From: a virus
Length of the DNA stretch: 64,000 bases
IMG/VR virus record: IMGVR_UViG_3300030060_007988
Reading direction: 5' to 3' (one strand)
Part shown: positions 51,111 to 61,768 of the stretch, piece after piece
Layout of the letters: every line of letters begins with the position of its first letter
Position numbering within the stretch: the first letter of the stretch is position 1
Notes under the pieces: model-generated
Told to the model about the DNA's origin: nothing
Seen by the model: only the letters and a program-made list of their open reading frames with translations
Databases searched by the model: none
Position numbers and translations under genes: made by a program

Positions 51111-53522
51111 ATGGACGAAAAAATAACATTAGGGAAGTGGTTAGCAAATTCAATACTTCTAGAAGACACTAAAATAACAAAGGTGGTGGTAATATATCCA
51201 GGAAGATTCCAACCTATGGGAAAGCACCATGCACAAACATATAAAACTTTAAAGTCAAAGTTTGGTGATGCATGGGTTGCAACAAGTGGAAAAGTTCAGT
51301 TACCTAAGTCACCATTTTCATTTAGTGAAAAAAGGAAGATAATCAATTCACATGGTATATCAAGAGTTGCACAAGTTAAAAATCCATATAGGGCAGATGA
51401 AATACTAAGTAAATATGATCCTAACACAACCGCCGCAATATTTGCTGTAGGTGCAAAAGATGCAAATAGGTTAGGTGGTAAATTTTTTAGACCTTGGAAA
51501 GGAAAGGCCGAAGTTGGGTATACTCAAGGTGCATATACAATTGTTGCTCCACACCAAAGTCTAAATGTTAGAGGATATGGCGAAATGAGTGGCACTACTA
51601 TACGACGTGCTTTAGGTGATAAATCACTGGATAAAAAAGAAAAGACAAAACTATTTAAGGATATATTTGGCCACACTAAAAACTACGATATGATTGTTAA
51701 TAAACTCGAAAAGCTTAATGAAACTATTGAAGAATTCTGTGAAAAGAGTGATATTGCAAATCTTATTAAGGAAATATCAAAAAACAAAATATCTGCAAAA
51801 ACAGACAAAGACAAAAATGAAATAGACGATGGACCTAGATATTTTTATGCAACACAAAAATCATATAGAGCTGATACAAAAGAAATGGCTGAAAAGTTAG
51901 GAATGGAAGTTTTAAACTACATTGTACCAGATAATGAATTTTTTCAACATGGAACAAAGTTTCCTAAAGGACCTACAGCCGCTGTGTCATATTTTCCAAC
52001 AGGTGTACCAGGTGATTTTTATGGAGGTACAAGATATCTAAAAAATAAAATAGGTAGAGATGCATATGAAAGATGGAGTAAGTGGTCAAATTATTTGGCA
52101 CAAGTATCAGGATATAAATTTATTGAATTTTTAAATGCAGATCTATCAATAGAAAAATCGGAAGAAGAACCTAAAAAACCTGATGGCGATATTGTACAAA
52201 TACAAAAAGATTTAAAAACACAAAGAAAATCAGGAGAAGAGGTTGAAGTTGATCCTGAAGAAATAAATGTTAATGCACCTAATATTAATGAAAGTTATTC
52301 ATCTTGGTTAGTAGATCAAATTCTTCTCACTGAAGGTGGTGCCTACGGCCACATGGCTCATCCATTTGATGATAGAGGTTTAACATTTGGTGATTTTAAA
52401 AGAATTATAGATATAGCACTTCAAGGAAGATTAGACTTAGAACAATCTGCAACTGAAAAAACAGATGGACAAAATTTATTCATATCTTGGACAAATAAAC
52501 TTGTTGCAGCCAGAAATACTGGTGATATAAAAAGAGGAGGTCAGGATTCTAAAGCAATTGCAAAAAAGTTTGCAGGTAGAGGTAATATAGAAAAAGCATT
52601 TAACTTTGCAATGCGTGATTTATCAAAGGCAATAGGTAGTTTAAGCGATAAGCAAAAAACTAAAATATTTAACAATGGAAATAACTGGGTAAATATGGAA
52701 ATAATGTACCCAGCATCGTCTAACGTAATAAACTATGATGCTCCTAGATTACAATTTCATAATGTATTACAGTATAAGGATGGTAGGGCAATAGGATCAC
52801 TACCAGATGGTGCAAGAATATTAGCTGGTATGATTGCACAAGTAAATCAAAATGTACAAAAAACATTTAGTGTAATTGGACCTAAAATATTAAAGGTTAA
52901 ACGAAACCAAGATTTTGCAATAAAAAAACCATACTTTATTGGAAAATTAAATAAACTTATGAGTAAACTAGGAATGAATGATAGCAATACATTTGCAGAA
53001 TATCATCAAGCTTGGTGGCAGCAATATGTTGATAAAAATTTTGGTAATGTTGAAAATAGAATAAAAATGGGGCTAGTTAAAAGATGGGCCTTTGGCGATA
53101 AGTCATTTAGATTAAATAGAAAAAATATAGATGATGAAAAAGTATTGGCAAAGTCAATTGATGTTGACAAACAGAAACACCAAACACAGGTTAAAAAGAA
53201 TATGCTTCCATTTGAAAATCTATTTTTTGAACTCGGTGCAGAGGTATTGAAAAATGCAGAAGGATTTTTAGCTGCAAACCCTAGTAAAGCAGTACAAGGA
53301 ATACGAAAACAACTTGCATCTGCAATTTCATCAATAAGAAAAGGTGGTGACCTTAAAAAACTAAATAGGTTAGGTCAACAATTAAATAAAATAAAAGCAA
53401 TAGGCGGTTTCAAAACAATAGTACCTAGTGAAGGTTTAGTTTTTATATATAAAGGAAAAACCTATAAATTAACTGGTGCATTTGCCCCTATAAATCAAAT
53501 AACTGGAATGATGACATTTTAA
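51111..53522 (+). CDS. multidomain protein: cytidylyltransferase-like N-domain plus ligase-like nucleotidyltransferase C-domain
   Basis: YPGRFQPMGKHH...MSGTTIR; TEKTDGQN (KxDG), EGLVF, YKLTG. Confidence 0.65.
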   Translation: MDEKITLGKWLANSILLEDTKITKVVVIYPGRFQPMGKHHAQTYKTLKSKFGDAWVATSGKVQLPKSPFSFSEKRKIINSHGISRVAQVKNPYRADEILSKYDPNTTAAIFAVGAKDANRLGGKFFRPWKGKAEVGYTQGAYTIVAPHQSLNVRGYGEMSGTTIRRALGDKSLDKKEKTKLFKDIFGHTKNYDMIVNKLEKLNETIEEFCEKSDIANLIKEISKNKISAKTDKDKNEIDDGPRYFYATQKSYRADTKEMAEKLGMEVLNYIVPDNEFFQHGTKFPKGPTAAVSYFPTGVPGDFYGGTRYLKNKIGRDAYERWSKWSNYLAQVSGYKFIEFLNADLSIEKSEEEPKKPDGDIVQIQKDLKTQRKSGEEVEVDPEEINVNAPNINESYSSWLVDQILLTEGGAYGHMAHPFDDRGLTFGDFKRIIDIALQGRLDLEQSATEKTDGQNLFISWTNKLVAARNTGDIKRGGQDSKAIAKKFAGRGNIEKAFNFAMRDLSKAIGSLSDKQKTKIFNNGNNWVNMEIMYPASSNVINYDAPRLQFHNVLQYKDGRAIGSLPDGARILAGMIAQVNQNVQKTFSVIGPKILKVKRNQDFAIKKPYFIGKLNKLMSKLGMNDSNTFAEYHQAWWQQYVDKNFGNVENRIKMGLVKRWAFGDKSFRLNRKNIDDEKVLAKSIDVDKQKHQTQVKKNMLPFENLFFELGAEVLKNAEGFLAANPSKAVQGIRKQLASAISSIRKGGDLKKLNRLGQQLNKIKAIGGFKTIVPSEGLVFIYKGKTYKLTGAFAPINQITGMMTF

Positions 53523-53545
53523 GAAAAATTTAGATATTTATTAAT

Positions 53546-54109
53546 ATGAAAAAAGGTATAAAAGAATCAGCAGTACAAAGAATGAGAAATATAGTTTCTG
53601 GTAAACATAATAACAGGACTAAAATTCAAGGAGGATATAGAACTTATGCCAAAGATCATGGCGAAGGTGATGTATGGGAGGAGCGTGGTAAAACATGGAC
53701 TATAAAAAATGGCATAAAACAAAATGTAACTAAAATGGACAAGATAAGAGATCTGATTAAAATACCAGTTGTTTGTCCTGTTACAAGAAAGCCTATGAAA
53801 CATAAATTTGATAAAGTTTGTTATAGACTTTATGGATATGGATTTAATGCATATGTTCAGAATGAACTAGAACAAAAGTTAAATGGAACATGGAAAAAAA
53901 GTGTTAATGAAATAAGTAAACAAAATAAAAAATCTCAAATACGAGATTTAGAAGTTCAATACATGGAATGGTTAGACTCTGATGTGTCAAAAAAGTTTAT
54001 TACTGAAAATGGAATGATTGAAGATTGGGAAAACAACATTGATAAAGAAAGTCTTAGAAAAAATTTCTATGAACAATTAAACAAATATAAAAAAACTATA
54101 GAGGAGTAG
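53546..54109 (+). CDS. hypothetical phage protein
   Basis: EGDVWEERGKTWTIKNGIKQN. Confidence 0.7.
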   Translation: MKKGIKESAVQRMRNIVSGKHNNRTKIQGGYRTYAKDHGEGDVWEERGKTWTIKNGIKQNVTKMDKIRDLIKIPVVCPVTRKPMKHKFDKVCYRLYGYGFNAYVQNELEQKLNGTWKKSVNEISKQNKKSQIRDLEVQYMEWLDSDVSKKFITENGMIEDWENNIDKESLRKNFYEQLNKYKKTIEE

Positions 54110-54113
54110 TTAG

Positions 54114-54476
54114 ATGTCAGAATTAAAAAATAACATAAGATTTCATGGCCATCCTGGAAAATTCAAAAGAGTAACAAAGTGGACAGGCGGACAAGTTACA
54201 TTCACCGGTACAAACTATGGTGCAGGTGCTTTAATTATAAGTGGGTCACAAGCACAATTTGATCAAGAAGCATATGTAAAATTAACCGATGGTGGATCTA
54301 TTTTGTTAAGAGACCTAGCAGCTGCAAATGATGATTTCTTTGAACTTTCTGTTGCAGAACTATCAGGTTCAGGGGCAGGAGAGTCAATTACACCTGGTGC
54401 TGCACCAAATAAAGGAATTGAATTTATACAAACTGGTGTTGTTTATGTATTACATAGAAACACTACAACATCATAG
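54114..54476 (+). CDS. hypothetical protein
   Basis: ORF track; GAGGAG SD. Confidence 0.65.
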   Translation: MSELKNNIRFHGHPGKFKRVTKWTGGQVTFTGTNYGAGALIISGSQAQFDQEAYVKLTDGGSILLRDLAAANDDFFELSVAELSGSGAGESITPGAAPNKGIEFIQTGVVYVLHRNTTTS

Positions 54477-54486
54477 GAGTTAAAAT

Positions 54487-54702
54487 ATGTGGGATATATT
54501 TAAAGAGGATAATGACTATAATGAAAAGTCTATAATTGGATTTATAGCATTTTTAATAATGTGTTTAATAATGATTGCTGACTTAGCAACCGGATGGGCT
54601 GGTCAGGATTTAGTAATTAATGAATTTGTATATGATTCATTTGTATGGGTAGTACTTGGATGCTTTGGAATAGCCGGGGTTGAAAAGTTTGCCAAAAAAT
54701 AA
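54487..54702 (+). CDS. small 2-TM membrane protein
   Basis: two hydrophobic helices; adjacent to holin. Confidence 0.65.
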   Translation: MWDIFKEDNDYNEKSIIGFIAFLIMCLIMIADLATGWAGQDLVINEFVYDSFVWVVLGCFGIAGVEKFAKK

Positions 54703-54717
54703 TTAGAAGGAAAAGTT

Positions 54718-55113
54718 ATGGGATTAGGATTAGGAAAGTTATTCAGTGGTGGTGCTGCTGATTTAGTTGAAGGTGTAGGAGGAGTACTCGATAATCTAAC
54801 AACAACAAAAGAAGAAAAACTAGCTGCAAAACAAAAAATGAAACAATTGGTTGCAGACTATGAAACTAAAATGGAGGCCAACATTACTGATAGGTGGAAG
54901 GCTGACATGAACAGTGATTCATGGTTAAGTAAAAATGTAAGACCATTAGTACTAATATTTTTAGTAGTATGTACAATGCTTATGATTTTTATTGATGCAG
55001 GAACAATTGAATTTACAGTTGAAGAAAAATGGACAGATCTATTACAGTTAGTACTTATTACTGTTATTGGTGCTTACTTTGGTGGGCGTTCGTTTGAGAA
55101 ACGAAAAAAATAA
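54718..55113 (+). CDS. 3TM holin (GTA_holin_3TM-like)
   Basis: RWKADMNSDSWLSKNVRPL...AYFGGRSFEK. Confidence 0.75.
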   Translation: MGLGLGKLFSGGAADLVEGVGGVLDNLTTTKEEKLAAKQKMKQLVADYETKMEANITDRWKADMNSDSWLSKNVRPLVLIFLVVCTMLMIFIDAGTIEFTVEEKWTDLLQLVLITVIGAYFGGRSFEKRKK

Positions 55114-55130
55114 CAATTAAGAAAATATAA

Positions 55131-56711
55131 ATGTCTAAACACACGTCAATGAAAGATATTGTTCGAGAAGAGTATAAACGATGCTCTCAGGACCCAGTGC
55201 ATTTTATGAAAAAGTACTGTATGATTCAACATCCAACACGTGGAAAGATAAATTTTAACTTATATGAATTTCAGGAAAGATCATTACTTGACTTAATGAA
55301 TCATGACTATAATGTTATTTTAAAATCAAGGCAGTTAGGTATATCTACATTAACTGCAGGATATTCATTATGGTGTATGTTATTTAATGAAGATTTTAAT
55401 TCATTGGTAATTGCAACAAAACAGGATGTTGCCAAAAACCTTGTTACTAAAGTTAGGGTAATGCATCAATATTTACCTAGTTGGCTTAAAGGTACTGTTA
55501 TTGAAGACAATAAATTATCATTGAGGTTAAATAACGGATCTCAAATAAAAGCAGTTTCAGCTGCAGGTGATGCTGGTCGTTCTGAAGCATTATCACTATT
55601 AGTTATGGATGAAGCTGCATTCATTGATAAGATTGATGAAATCTGGGCATCTTCACAACAAACATTAGCAACAGGTGGTAGGGCAGTAATACTTAGTACA
55701 CCTAATGGTACAGGAAATTTCTTTCATAAAATATGGACCAATGCAGAATCAGGTCTAAATGAATTTAATACAATAAAGCTCCATTGGAGTCTCCACCCAG
55801 AACGTAATCAAAATTGGCGAGATAGGCAGGATGAATTACTTGGTCCTAAAATGGCTGCACAAGAATGTGATTGTGATTTTGTTAGTTCAGGTAATTTAGT
55901 CATTGATGGAACACTATTACAATGGTATGAAGAATCATCATGTAAAGAACCGTCTGAAAAAAGAGGGTTTGATGGAAATTACTGGATATGGGAATACCCA
56001 GATTATTCTAGAGACTATATGGTGGTTGCCGATGTAGCACGGGGAGACGCATCTGATTTTTCTGCATTTCATGTTATAGATATTGAATCGGTTACCCAAG
56101 TTGCAGAATATAGAGGTCAGCTTACTCCAAAGGAATTTGGAAATATGTTAGTGGCTGTTGCAACCGAATATAATAATGCACTGCTAGTTATTGAAAATGC
56201 CAATGTAGGTTGGGGTGCAATACAAAGTGCAATTGATAGGGATTATCAAAATCTATATTATACATATAAACAAGATGGGGTTGTAGATGCAACTACACAA
56301 TTAACAAAAGGTTATGATTTAAAAGACAAGTCTCAAATGACTCCAGGTTTCACTACATCATCTCGTACAAGACCACTTTTAATATCAAAACTTGATATTT
56401 ATTTTAGGGAAAAAGAATGTCTTGTTAGGTCTAAACGTCTAATTGAAGAACTAAAAGTTTTCATTTGGAGAGGACATAAGGCTGAGGCACAAAGCGGATA
56501 TAATGATGATTTGGTAATGTCATTTGCCATAGCATTATGGGTTCGTGATACTGCACTTAAGTTGAGGTCTCATGGTTTAGAATTAAACAAAAGGGCAATT
56601 GGTCTTATTGGAAAAAATAGTGGCATATATTCTTCTAATTCTCAAAACACGCAGGATTGGAAAATGAAAATTAAAGGAAAGGACGAAGACTTAACATGGC
56701 TAATAAAATAA
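55131..56711 (+). CDS. terL: terminase large subunit (T4 gp17-like)
   Basis: LKSRQLGIST, LVMDEAAF, LSTPNG, VADVARG..SD, NDDLVMS. Confidence 0.95.
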   Translation: MSKHTSMKDIVREEYKRCSQDPVHFMKKYCMIQHPTRGKINFNLYEFQERSLLDLMNHDYNVILKSRQLGISTLTAGYSLWCMLFNEDFNSLVIATKQDVAKNLVTKVRVMHQYLPSWLKGTVIEDNKLSLRLNNGSQIKAVSAAGDAGRSEALSLLVMDEAAFIDKIDEIWASSQQTLATGGRAVILSTPNGTGNFFHKIWTNAESGLNEFNTIKLHWSLHPERNQNWRDRQDELLGPKMAAQECDCDFVSSGNLVIDGTLLQWYEESSCKEPSEKRGFDGNYWIWEYPDYSRDYMVVADVARGDASDFSAFHVIDIESVTQVAEYRGQLTPKEFGNMLVAVATEYNNALLVIENANVGWGAIQSAIDRDYQNLYYTYKQDGVVDATTQLTKGYDLKDKSQMTPGFTTSSRTRPLLISKLDIYFREKECLVRSKRLIEELKVFIWRGHKAEAQSGYNDDLVMSFAIALWVRDTALKLRSHGLELNKRAIGLIGKNSGIYSSNSQNTQDWKMKIKGKDEDLTWLIK

Positions 56712-56726
56712 TAAAGAGGTTACATT

Positions 56727-58529
56727 ATGGCAGATAAAACATTATTTGGAAGACTAAGAAAATTATTCTCTACAGGGGTAATAATTAGAAGGTCTGGAAC
56801 AAATTTAAAAGTTGTCGATACACAAAGACTACAATCAACTGGTAATTTAGAAACGAATAGATTGGTTGATAGATATAATAGATTACATTCACCGACAAAT
56901 TCATATTCAGTATATCAACCAGGTCAAGGATATATACCACTAAGAACTGAATTGTTTAACGATTTTGAAGCAATGGATTCAGATTCAATAATTAGTGCAG
57001 CACTGGATATATATGCTGAAGAATCAACTTTAAAAAATGAAAGTGGTGATGTAATATCAATAAAAAGTACAAATGAAAATATTACTAAAACATTACACAA
57101 CTTATTTTATGATATACTAAACATTGAATTCAACTTATATCCTTGGGTTAGAAATATGGCAAAGTATGGTGACTTTTTCTTAAGGTTAGATATTGTTGAA
57201 AAATTTGGTGTTACAAATGTTACTCCATTAACAACATATGAAGTTATTCGTGAAGAAGGATTTAACCCAGATAATGAAAATGATGTTAGATTTGTTATTG
57301 ATCCATCAATGGGTGGTGGAGGAAGCTATGGTGGCGGAGGAGGTCAAGGGGCAAAAGAATTTCTAGAAAACTATGAAGTTGCACATTTTAGGTTATTAGG
57401 GGATTCTAACTTTTTACCTTATGGTAAGTCAATGATTGAATCAGCCAGAAAAACTTGGAAACAATTAACCCTTATGGAAGACGCAATGTTAATTCACAGA
57501 ATTATGCGAGCACCAGAAAGAAGAATATTTAAAATTGATATTGGAAACATTCCACCAGCTGAAGTTGATAACTACATGGCTCAGGTAATTAATAAAATGA
57601 AAAAGCAACCATATATTGATGAAAACACTGGAGACTATAATTTAAAATTTAATCTACAAAATATGTTAGAAGACTATTATCTTCCAGTTAGAGGTGGACA
57701 AAGTGGTACTGAAATAGATTCATTGAGTGGAATGGACTTTACAGGTACTGAAGATATTGAGTATTTGAAGAATAGAATGTTGGCAGCTTTAAAAATACCA
57801 AAGCCGTTTTTAGGATTTGATGAAAACATGGAAGGTAAAGCAACATTGGCTGCACAAGATGTCAGGTTTGCAAGAACAATTGAAAGAATACAAAGAATTG
57901 TTGTAAGTGAATTAACCAAAATAGCAGTTGTACATTTATACACTCAAGGATATACCGATGAGGATTTAGTCAACTTTCAATTATCACTTACCAATCCATC
58001 AACCATTGCAGAACAAGAAAGATTAGAACTTTGGTCTAGTAAAGTAAATCTTATTAGGGATATGAAAGATCAAAGAATGTTATCTGAAGAGTGGATTTAC
58101 AAAAATGTTTATGGATTTGGCGATGGTGAAATAGAGAAAGAACGTGCAAATGTAATAGAAGACATAAAACAACAATTTAGAAAAAATCAAATTGAAGGCG
58201 AAGGGCAAGATCCAGCAAATCCACCTCAACAGCAATCGCCAGAACAACAAGAATTTGAAGAAGATGTAGATCTAGGAGGTAGACCTAAAGAAGGTCCTAA
58301 ATATAATTCACAGAAATCTGCTAGAGGACGTGATCCTATAGGACGAGACGAAAGAAGACGAGATGGGTCAGGTAGTTTAGGTAATAATAAAAATAAGTTT
58401 AACGGCCATTCACCATTAGCAAGAGAAATAAAATCAAAGTTAAAACTTAACGGAAAAAAATTATTTCTTGAAAAAAATGATAATGAAGGTTTATTAGATG
58501 AAAATAACCTATTGAACGTGAAAAAATAA
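56727..58529 (+). CDS. portal protein (T4 gp20-like)
   Basis: QLTLMEDAMLIHRIMRAPERRIFKIDIGN, MLEDYYLPVRG, ALKIP. Confidence 0.95.
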   Translation: MADKTLFGRLRKLFSTGVIIRRSGTNLKVVDTQRLQSTGNLETNRLVDRYNRLHSPTNSYSVYQPGQGYIPLRTELFNDFEAMDSDSIISAALDIYAEESTLKNESGDVISIKSTNENITKTLHNLFYDILNIEFNLYPWVRNMAKYGDFFLRLDIVEKFGVTNVTPLTTYEVIREEGFNPDNENDVRFVIDPSMGGGGSYGGGGGQGAKEFLENYEVAHFRLLGDSNFLPYGKSMIESARKTWKQLTLMEDAMLIHRIMRAPERRIFKIDIGNIPPAEVDNYMAQVINKMKKQPYIDENTGDYNLKFNLQNMLEDYYLPVRGGQSGTEIDSLSGMDFTGTEDIEYLKNRMLAALKIPKPFLGFDENMEGKATLAAQDVRFARTIERIQRIVVSELTKIAVVHLYTQGYTDEDLVNFQLSLTNPSTIAEQERLELWSSKVNLIRDMKDQRMLSEEWIYKNVYGFGDGEIEKERANVIEDIKQQFRKNQIEGEGQDPANPPQQQSPEQQEFEEDVDLGGRPKEGPKYNSQKSARGRDPIGRDERRRDGSGSLGNNKNKFNGHSPLAREIKSKLKLNGKKLFLEKNDNEGLLDENNLLNVKK

Positions 58530-58595
58530 GAATTTGGTTACTGTAGGTTATATTTATATTTGAATATATGAATCATTATTGGAGAAAAGAATCTG

Positions 58596-59462
58596 ATGAA
58601 ACACAGAAAGTATAAAAATACTGGTATTCTATTTGAATTACTAGTAAGACAAATAACTGATGACACCTTAAATGGTGTAAAGAATTCATCAGCACTCAAA
58701 ATAGTAAAGGAATTTTTTGGAAAAAGAAAAACATTAAATTCAGAACTTAATTTGTATAGAACATTACTAGGCGAAAAATTTAATCGAGAAGATAAGGCTG
58801 ATAAATTTTTACAAGCTGTATTGACTGAATATGCAAAACTAAATACTCAGTCAATAAGAAGAGAAAAATATAATCTTATTAAAGAAATTAAAAATAAGTA
58901 TGATCTCAGAAACTTCTTTTCACATAGGGTATCTAACTATAAAGAGTATGCATCAGCATATATGCTTTTTGAATCACAAAGCGGAAAAATACAAATTAAT
59001 CCTGCAAATCTAATTAAGAGTCATTATTCAATTGTTGAACACATAATAAAAAAACCACTCACTAAAAAAGAAAAGAGTAGGGTAATTGAAAGCTATTCCA
59101 AGCAAGATAAAGATTTAAGATTATTATCGTATAGAATATTAATTGATAAATTTAATGAAAAGTATGGAAAGGCTTTAAATGAGCAACAAAGATCATTACT
59201 TAAATTATATATAAATAATGTATCTAATACAACAAAACTTTTAGATGAAGTAAAGAATAGAATTCCTAAACTTGAAAAATCTTTAAAAACATTAAATAAA
59301 AATATAGATGATAAAGTTGTAAATATAAAATTGAATGAAGTAATAAATCAGTTATCAAATTTTAAAAGCTTAAAAAGAATAACTGAGGAAAATATACTAA
59401 CACTATTAAGATATCACAAACTCATTGAGGAATGTAAAAATGCAACATCTAAAAAAAATTGA
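58596..59462 (+). CDS. hypothetical protein in head module
   Basis: KHRKYKNTGILFELLVRQIT; gene context. Confidence 0.7.
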   Translation: MKHRKYKNTGILFELLVRQITDDTLNGVKNSSALKIVKEFFGKRKTLNSELNLYRTLLGEKFNREDKADKFLQAVLTEYAKLNTQSIRREKYNLIKEIKNKYDLRNFFSHRVSNYKEYASAYMLFESQSGKIQINPANLIKSHYSIVEHIIKKPLTKKEKSRVIESYSKQDKDLRLLSYRILIDKFNEKYGKALNEQQRSLLKLYINNVSNTTKLLDEVKNRIPKLEKSLKTLNKNIDDKVVNIKLNEVINQLSNFKSLKRITEENILTLLRYHKLIEECKNATSKKN

Positions 59463-59988
59463 TGAACTAATAAACCAGATCCTTGAAAAATCTGATAGGG
59501 ACCTTTTGGATTCTTCAAAGTTAATTCCTAATGAATCCCCTGATTTTATAGAAGATGAGGATTTAGAAGAAATTAGTACTACAGGTGGATTGGATGGCGG
59601 TGAAGGACCTCCTAGAACTCCTTATGCATTTTCAGGGGATACCAAAGATGATGAAGAAAAGAGGAAAAGAAATGCAATGTCAAGCACGGGGTATACAATA
59701 GTTGGAGAAGCAAAAACAAAATTAGGTGAAATTTATGATTCAAACTATAAGTCATATAAAAGAGATGAATCATTAAATAGCAAGCAAAAAGTAAATGGTT
59801 CTATAAGGGAAATAAGTAAACGCTTATTACAAATAGAAAGAATAATAAATAGAAATATAAAACTTAAAAAAGAGTCAGGTGTTAACACTACTAGATATTG
59901 GAAATCTACAAGAAGAACAATGGGAAAGGTTAGTGAAAGAATGATTAGAGTTGCACGAAGACTTAGAGAATTATCATCATATGATTAG
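59440..59988 (+). CDS. hypothetical head-associated protein
   Basis: EEISTTG..PRTPYAF; [IL]xE motifs. Confidence 0.65.
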   Translation: MQHLKKIDELINQILEKSDRDLLDSSKLIPNESPDFIEDEDLEEISTTGGLDGGEGPPRTPYAFSGDTKDDEEKRKRNAMSSTGYTIVGEAKTKLGEIYDSNYKSYKRDESLNSKQKVNGSIREISKRLLQIERIINRNIKLKKESGVNTTRYWKSTRRTMGKVSERMIRVARRLRELSSYD

Positions 59989-59997
59989 GAGACAATT

Positions 59998-60222
59998 ATG
60001 CCAGGACTAGACGAAAATAGCATACCACCAGCACAAGGTGGAATAACAAAAAGACCTGAAACAATATCGGGAAAACTTGAGTCTCTCGTTGACGGTGCAA
60101 TACAGGGTCAAATAGCAAAACCACAAGTTAAACATTCAGACCCATTACCTGAGTTAGAATCACCAGCACCTGGATCCTCAACTCTTGATATTGATGGAAC
60201 GCCAGAAAAGTACGCAGGATAA
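59998..60222 (+). CDS. hypothetical protein
   Basis: ORF track; AGGAG SD. Confidence 0.6.
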   Translation: MPGLDENSIPPAQGGITKRPETISGKLESLVDGAIQGQIAKPQVKHSDPLPELESPAPGSSTLDIDGTPEKYAG

Positions 60223-60226
60223 TGAT

Positions 60227-60859
60227 ATGAATAAAAGATTACTGATAGATTATATACCTTTTCACATATCACCTCAAATGATTGCTGAATCTGAGCAAAA
60301 AAATAATGGAAGGGTAATTGTGACTGGTATATTACAAAGGGCTGGTGCAAAAAACCAAAATGGACGTGTATATCCTAAGGCTGTTCTTGAAAGAGAAGTT
60401 GCTGAATATAAAAAAGTTCAGATTGCAGAAAGACGAGCTCTTGGAGAACTGGACCATCCTGAATCATCAGTAGTAAATCTACAAAACGTAAGTCATAATG
60501 TATTGGATTGTTGGTGGAAAGGTGATGATGTTATGGGTACAGTTGAAATATTAAATACTCCTAGCGGTAGAATACTAAAAGAGCTACTTGCTGCAGGCAT
60601 AAAGTTAGGTATTAGTAGTAGGGGATTAGGAAGTGTTGAGTCTTTACGTGAAGACACTGTTGAAGTACAACCTGATTTTGAATTAATATGTTGGGACTTT
60701 GTAAGTAATCCTTCCACTCATGGTGCATTTATGAAACCAATGAATGAAAGCGTAAACAATATAAAAGTAAATAAATATGCAGGAGTTAATTCTGTTATCA
60801 ATGACATTATCTGTGAAGTAACAGGAAAATGCGAAATAAAAAAATGTGGTTGTGAATAA
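60227..60859 (+). CDS. prohead core protease (T4 gp21-like)
   Basis: NQNGRVYP, ALGELDHP, VSH, LGISSRGLGS, DFVSNPST. Confidence 0.93.
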   Translation: MNKRLLIDYIPFHISPQMIAESEQKNNGRVIVTGILQRAGAKNQNGRVYPKAVLEREVAEYKKVQIAERRALGELDHPESSVVNLQNVSHNVLDCWWKGDDVMGTVEILNTPSGRILKELLAAGIKLGISSRGLGSVESLREDTVEVQPDFELICWDFVSNPSTHGAFMKPMNESVNNIKVNKYAGVNSVINDIICEVTGKCEIKKCGCE

Positions 60860-60876
60860 TTTAAAGGAAGAAAATT

Positions 60877-61587
60877 ATGAAACTTAAAAAGATACTAAGC
60901 GAAAATCAAGAATTGAATTTTACTCCAAAACAAAAGCGTGCCTTTTTGGAATCAATTTCTAAATTTAATGAATATGGTCAATCAATATACCGAACCAGTA
61001 AACTTAAAGAGGCTGTTAGTGAAATTGCAGGATTAGTAGATATGGCGTCTAAAGTTGCAGTAAATGAAACTGGTGACTGGTTTGATAATGTATCAGTTAA
61101 GCGTGATATGAAAGGATTGTCTGAATCTATGTCAGTATTTGAAAAAACAGCTGATGAAATGGGAGCATTGCAACAAAGATTGGAATCTCTATATGAAGAT
61201 ATGGGACATAAGCTTGGTAAGTATTATGAAATAGCTGAAAAGATTGATAACATTGATGATAAAGAAGCTGCAATGGACTTTAAAGATTTACCAGATAAAG
61301 ATATTGACAATGATGGCGATGTAGATGATTCTGATTCATACTTACATCATAAACTAGGTAATGTTGCAAAGAGAGTTGAAAACAGAATGAGTAAATTGGC
61401 AGGTATTGAAGAAGCTGCTCCTAAAATGAAAAAAGAACCTTATGACAAGGAGAGGGATGATGCTGCATTGAAATTAATAAGATTTAGTAATATGGTAAAA
61501 ATGGAACAGCCAGGTGTATATAGTCGTAATAAAACAAAAATAGCTAAAGCTATGAAGGCCATTGAAGATTTAAGATTCTTAAGATAG
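60877..61587 (+). CDS. head-associated protein with DxDxDG Ca-binding-like motif
   Basis: MKLKKILSE; DIDNDGDVDDSD. Confidence 0.65.
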   Translation: MKLKKILSENQELNFTPKQKRAFLESISKFNEYGQSIYRTSKLKEAVSEIAGLVDMASKVAVNETGDWFDNVSVKRDMKGLSESMSVFEKTADEMGALQQRLESLYEDMGHKLGKYYEIAEKIDNIDDKEAAMDFKDLPDKDIDNDGDVDDSDSYLHHKLGNVAKRVENRMSKLAGIEEAAPKMKKEPYDKERDDAALKLIRFSNMVKMEQPGVYSRNKTKIAKAMKAIEDLRFLR

Positions 61588-61596
61588 GAGAAATCA

Positions 61597-61752
61597 ATGT
61601 TAATGCAAAAGCTCACATGGCAACAGTGGTTAAATATACCACAAAACAAAAAACTTTCAGAATCTAATATGGAATCTGCAAAGAGAAAGTATCGTGACGA
61701 ACAGGCTAAAGTGGATCAACACTTAGCATATATAAACATTAAAAATAAATAA
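61597..61752 (+). CDS. hypothetical protein (51 aa)
   Basis: hand-translated MLMQKLTWQQWL...; AGGAG SD. Confidence 0.6.
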   Translation: MLMQKLTWQQWLNIPQNKKLSESNMESAKRKYRDEQAKVDQHLAYINIKNK

Positions 61753-61768
61753 AAAACTTCCTTAATAA

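Noticed and set aside
55131-58529. Inteins or introns in terminase or portal
   Set aside because: The ORFs are continuous, of normal length, and lack splice motifs.
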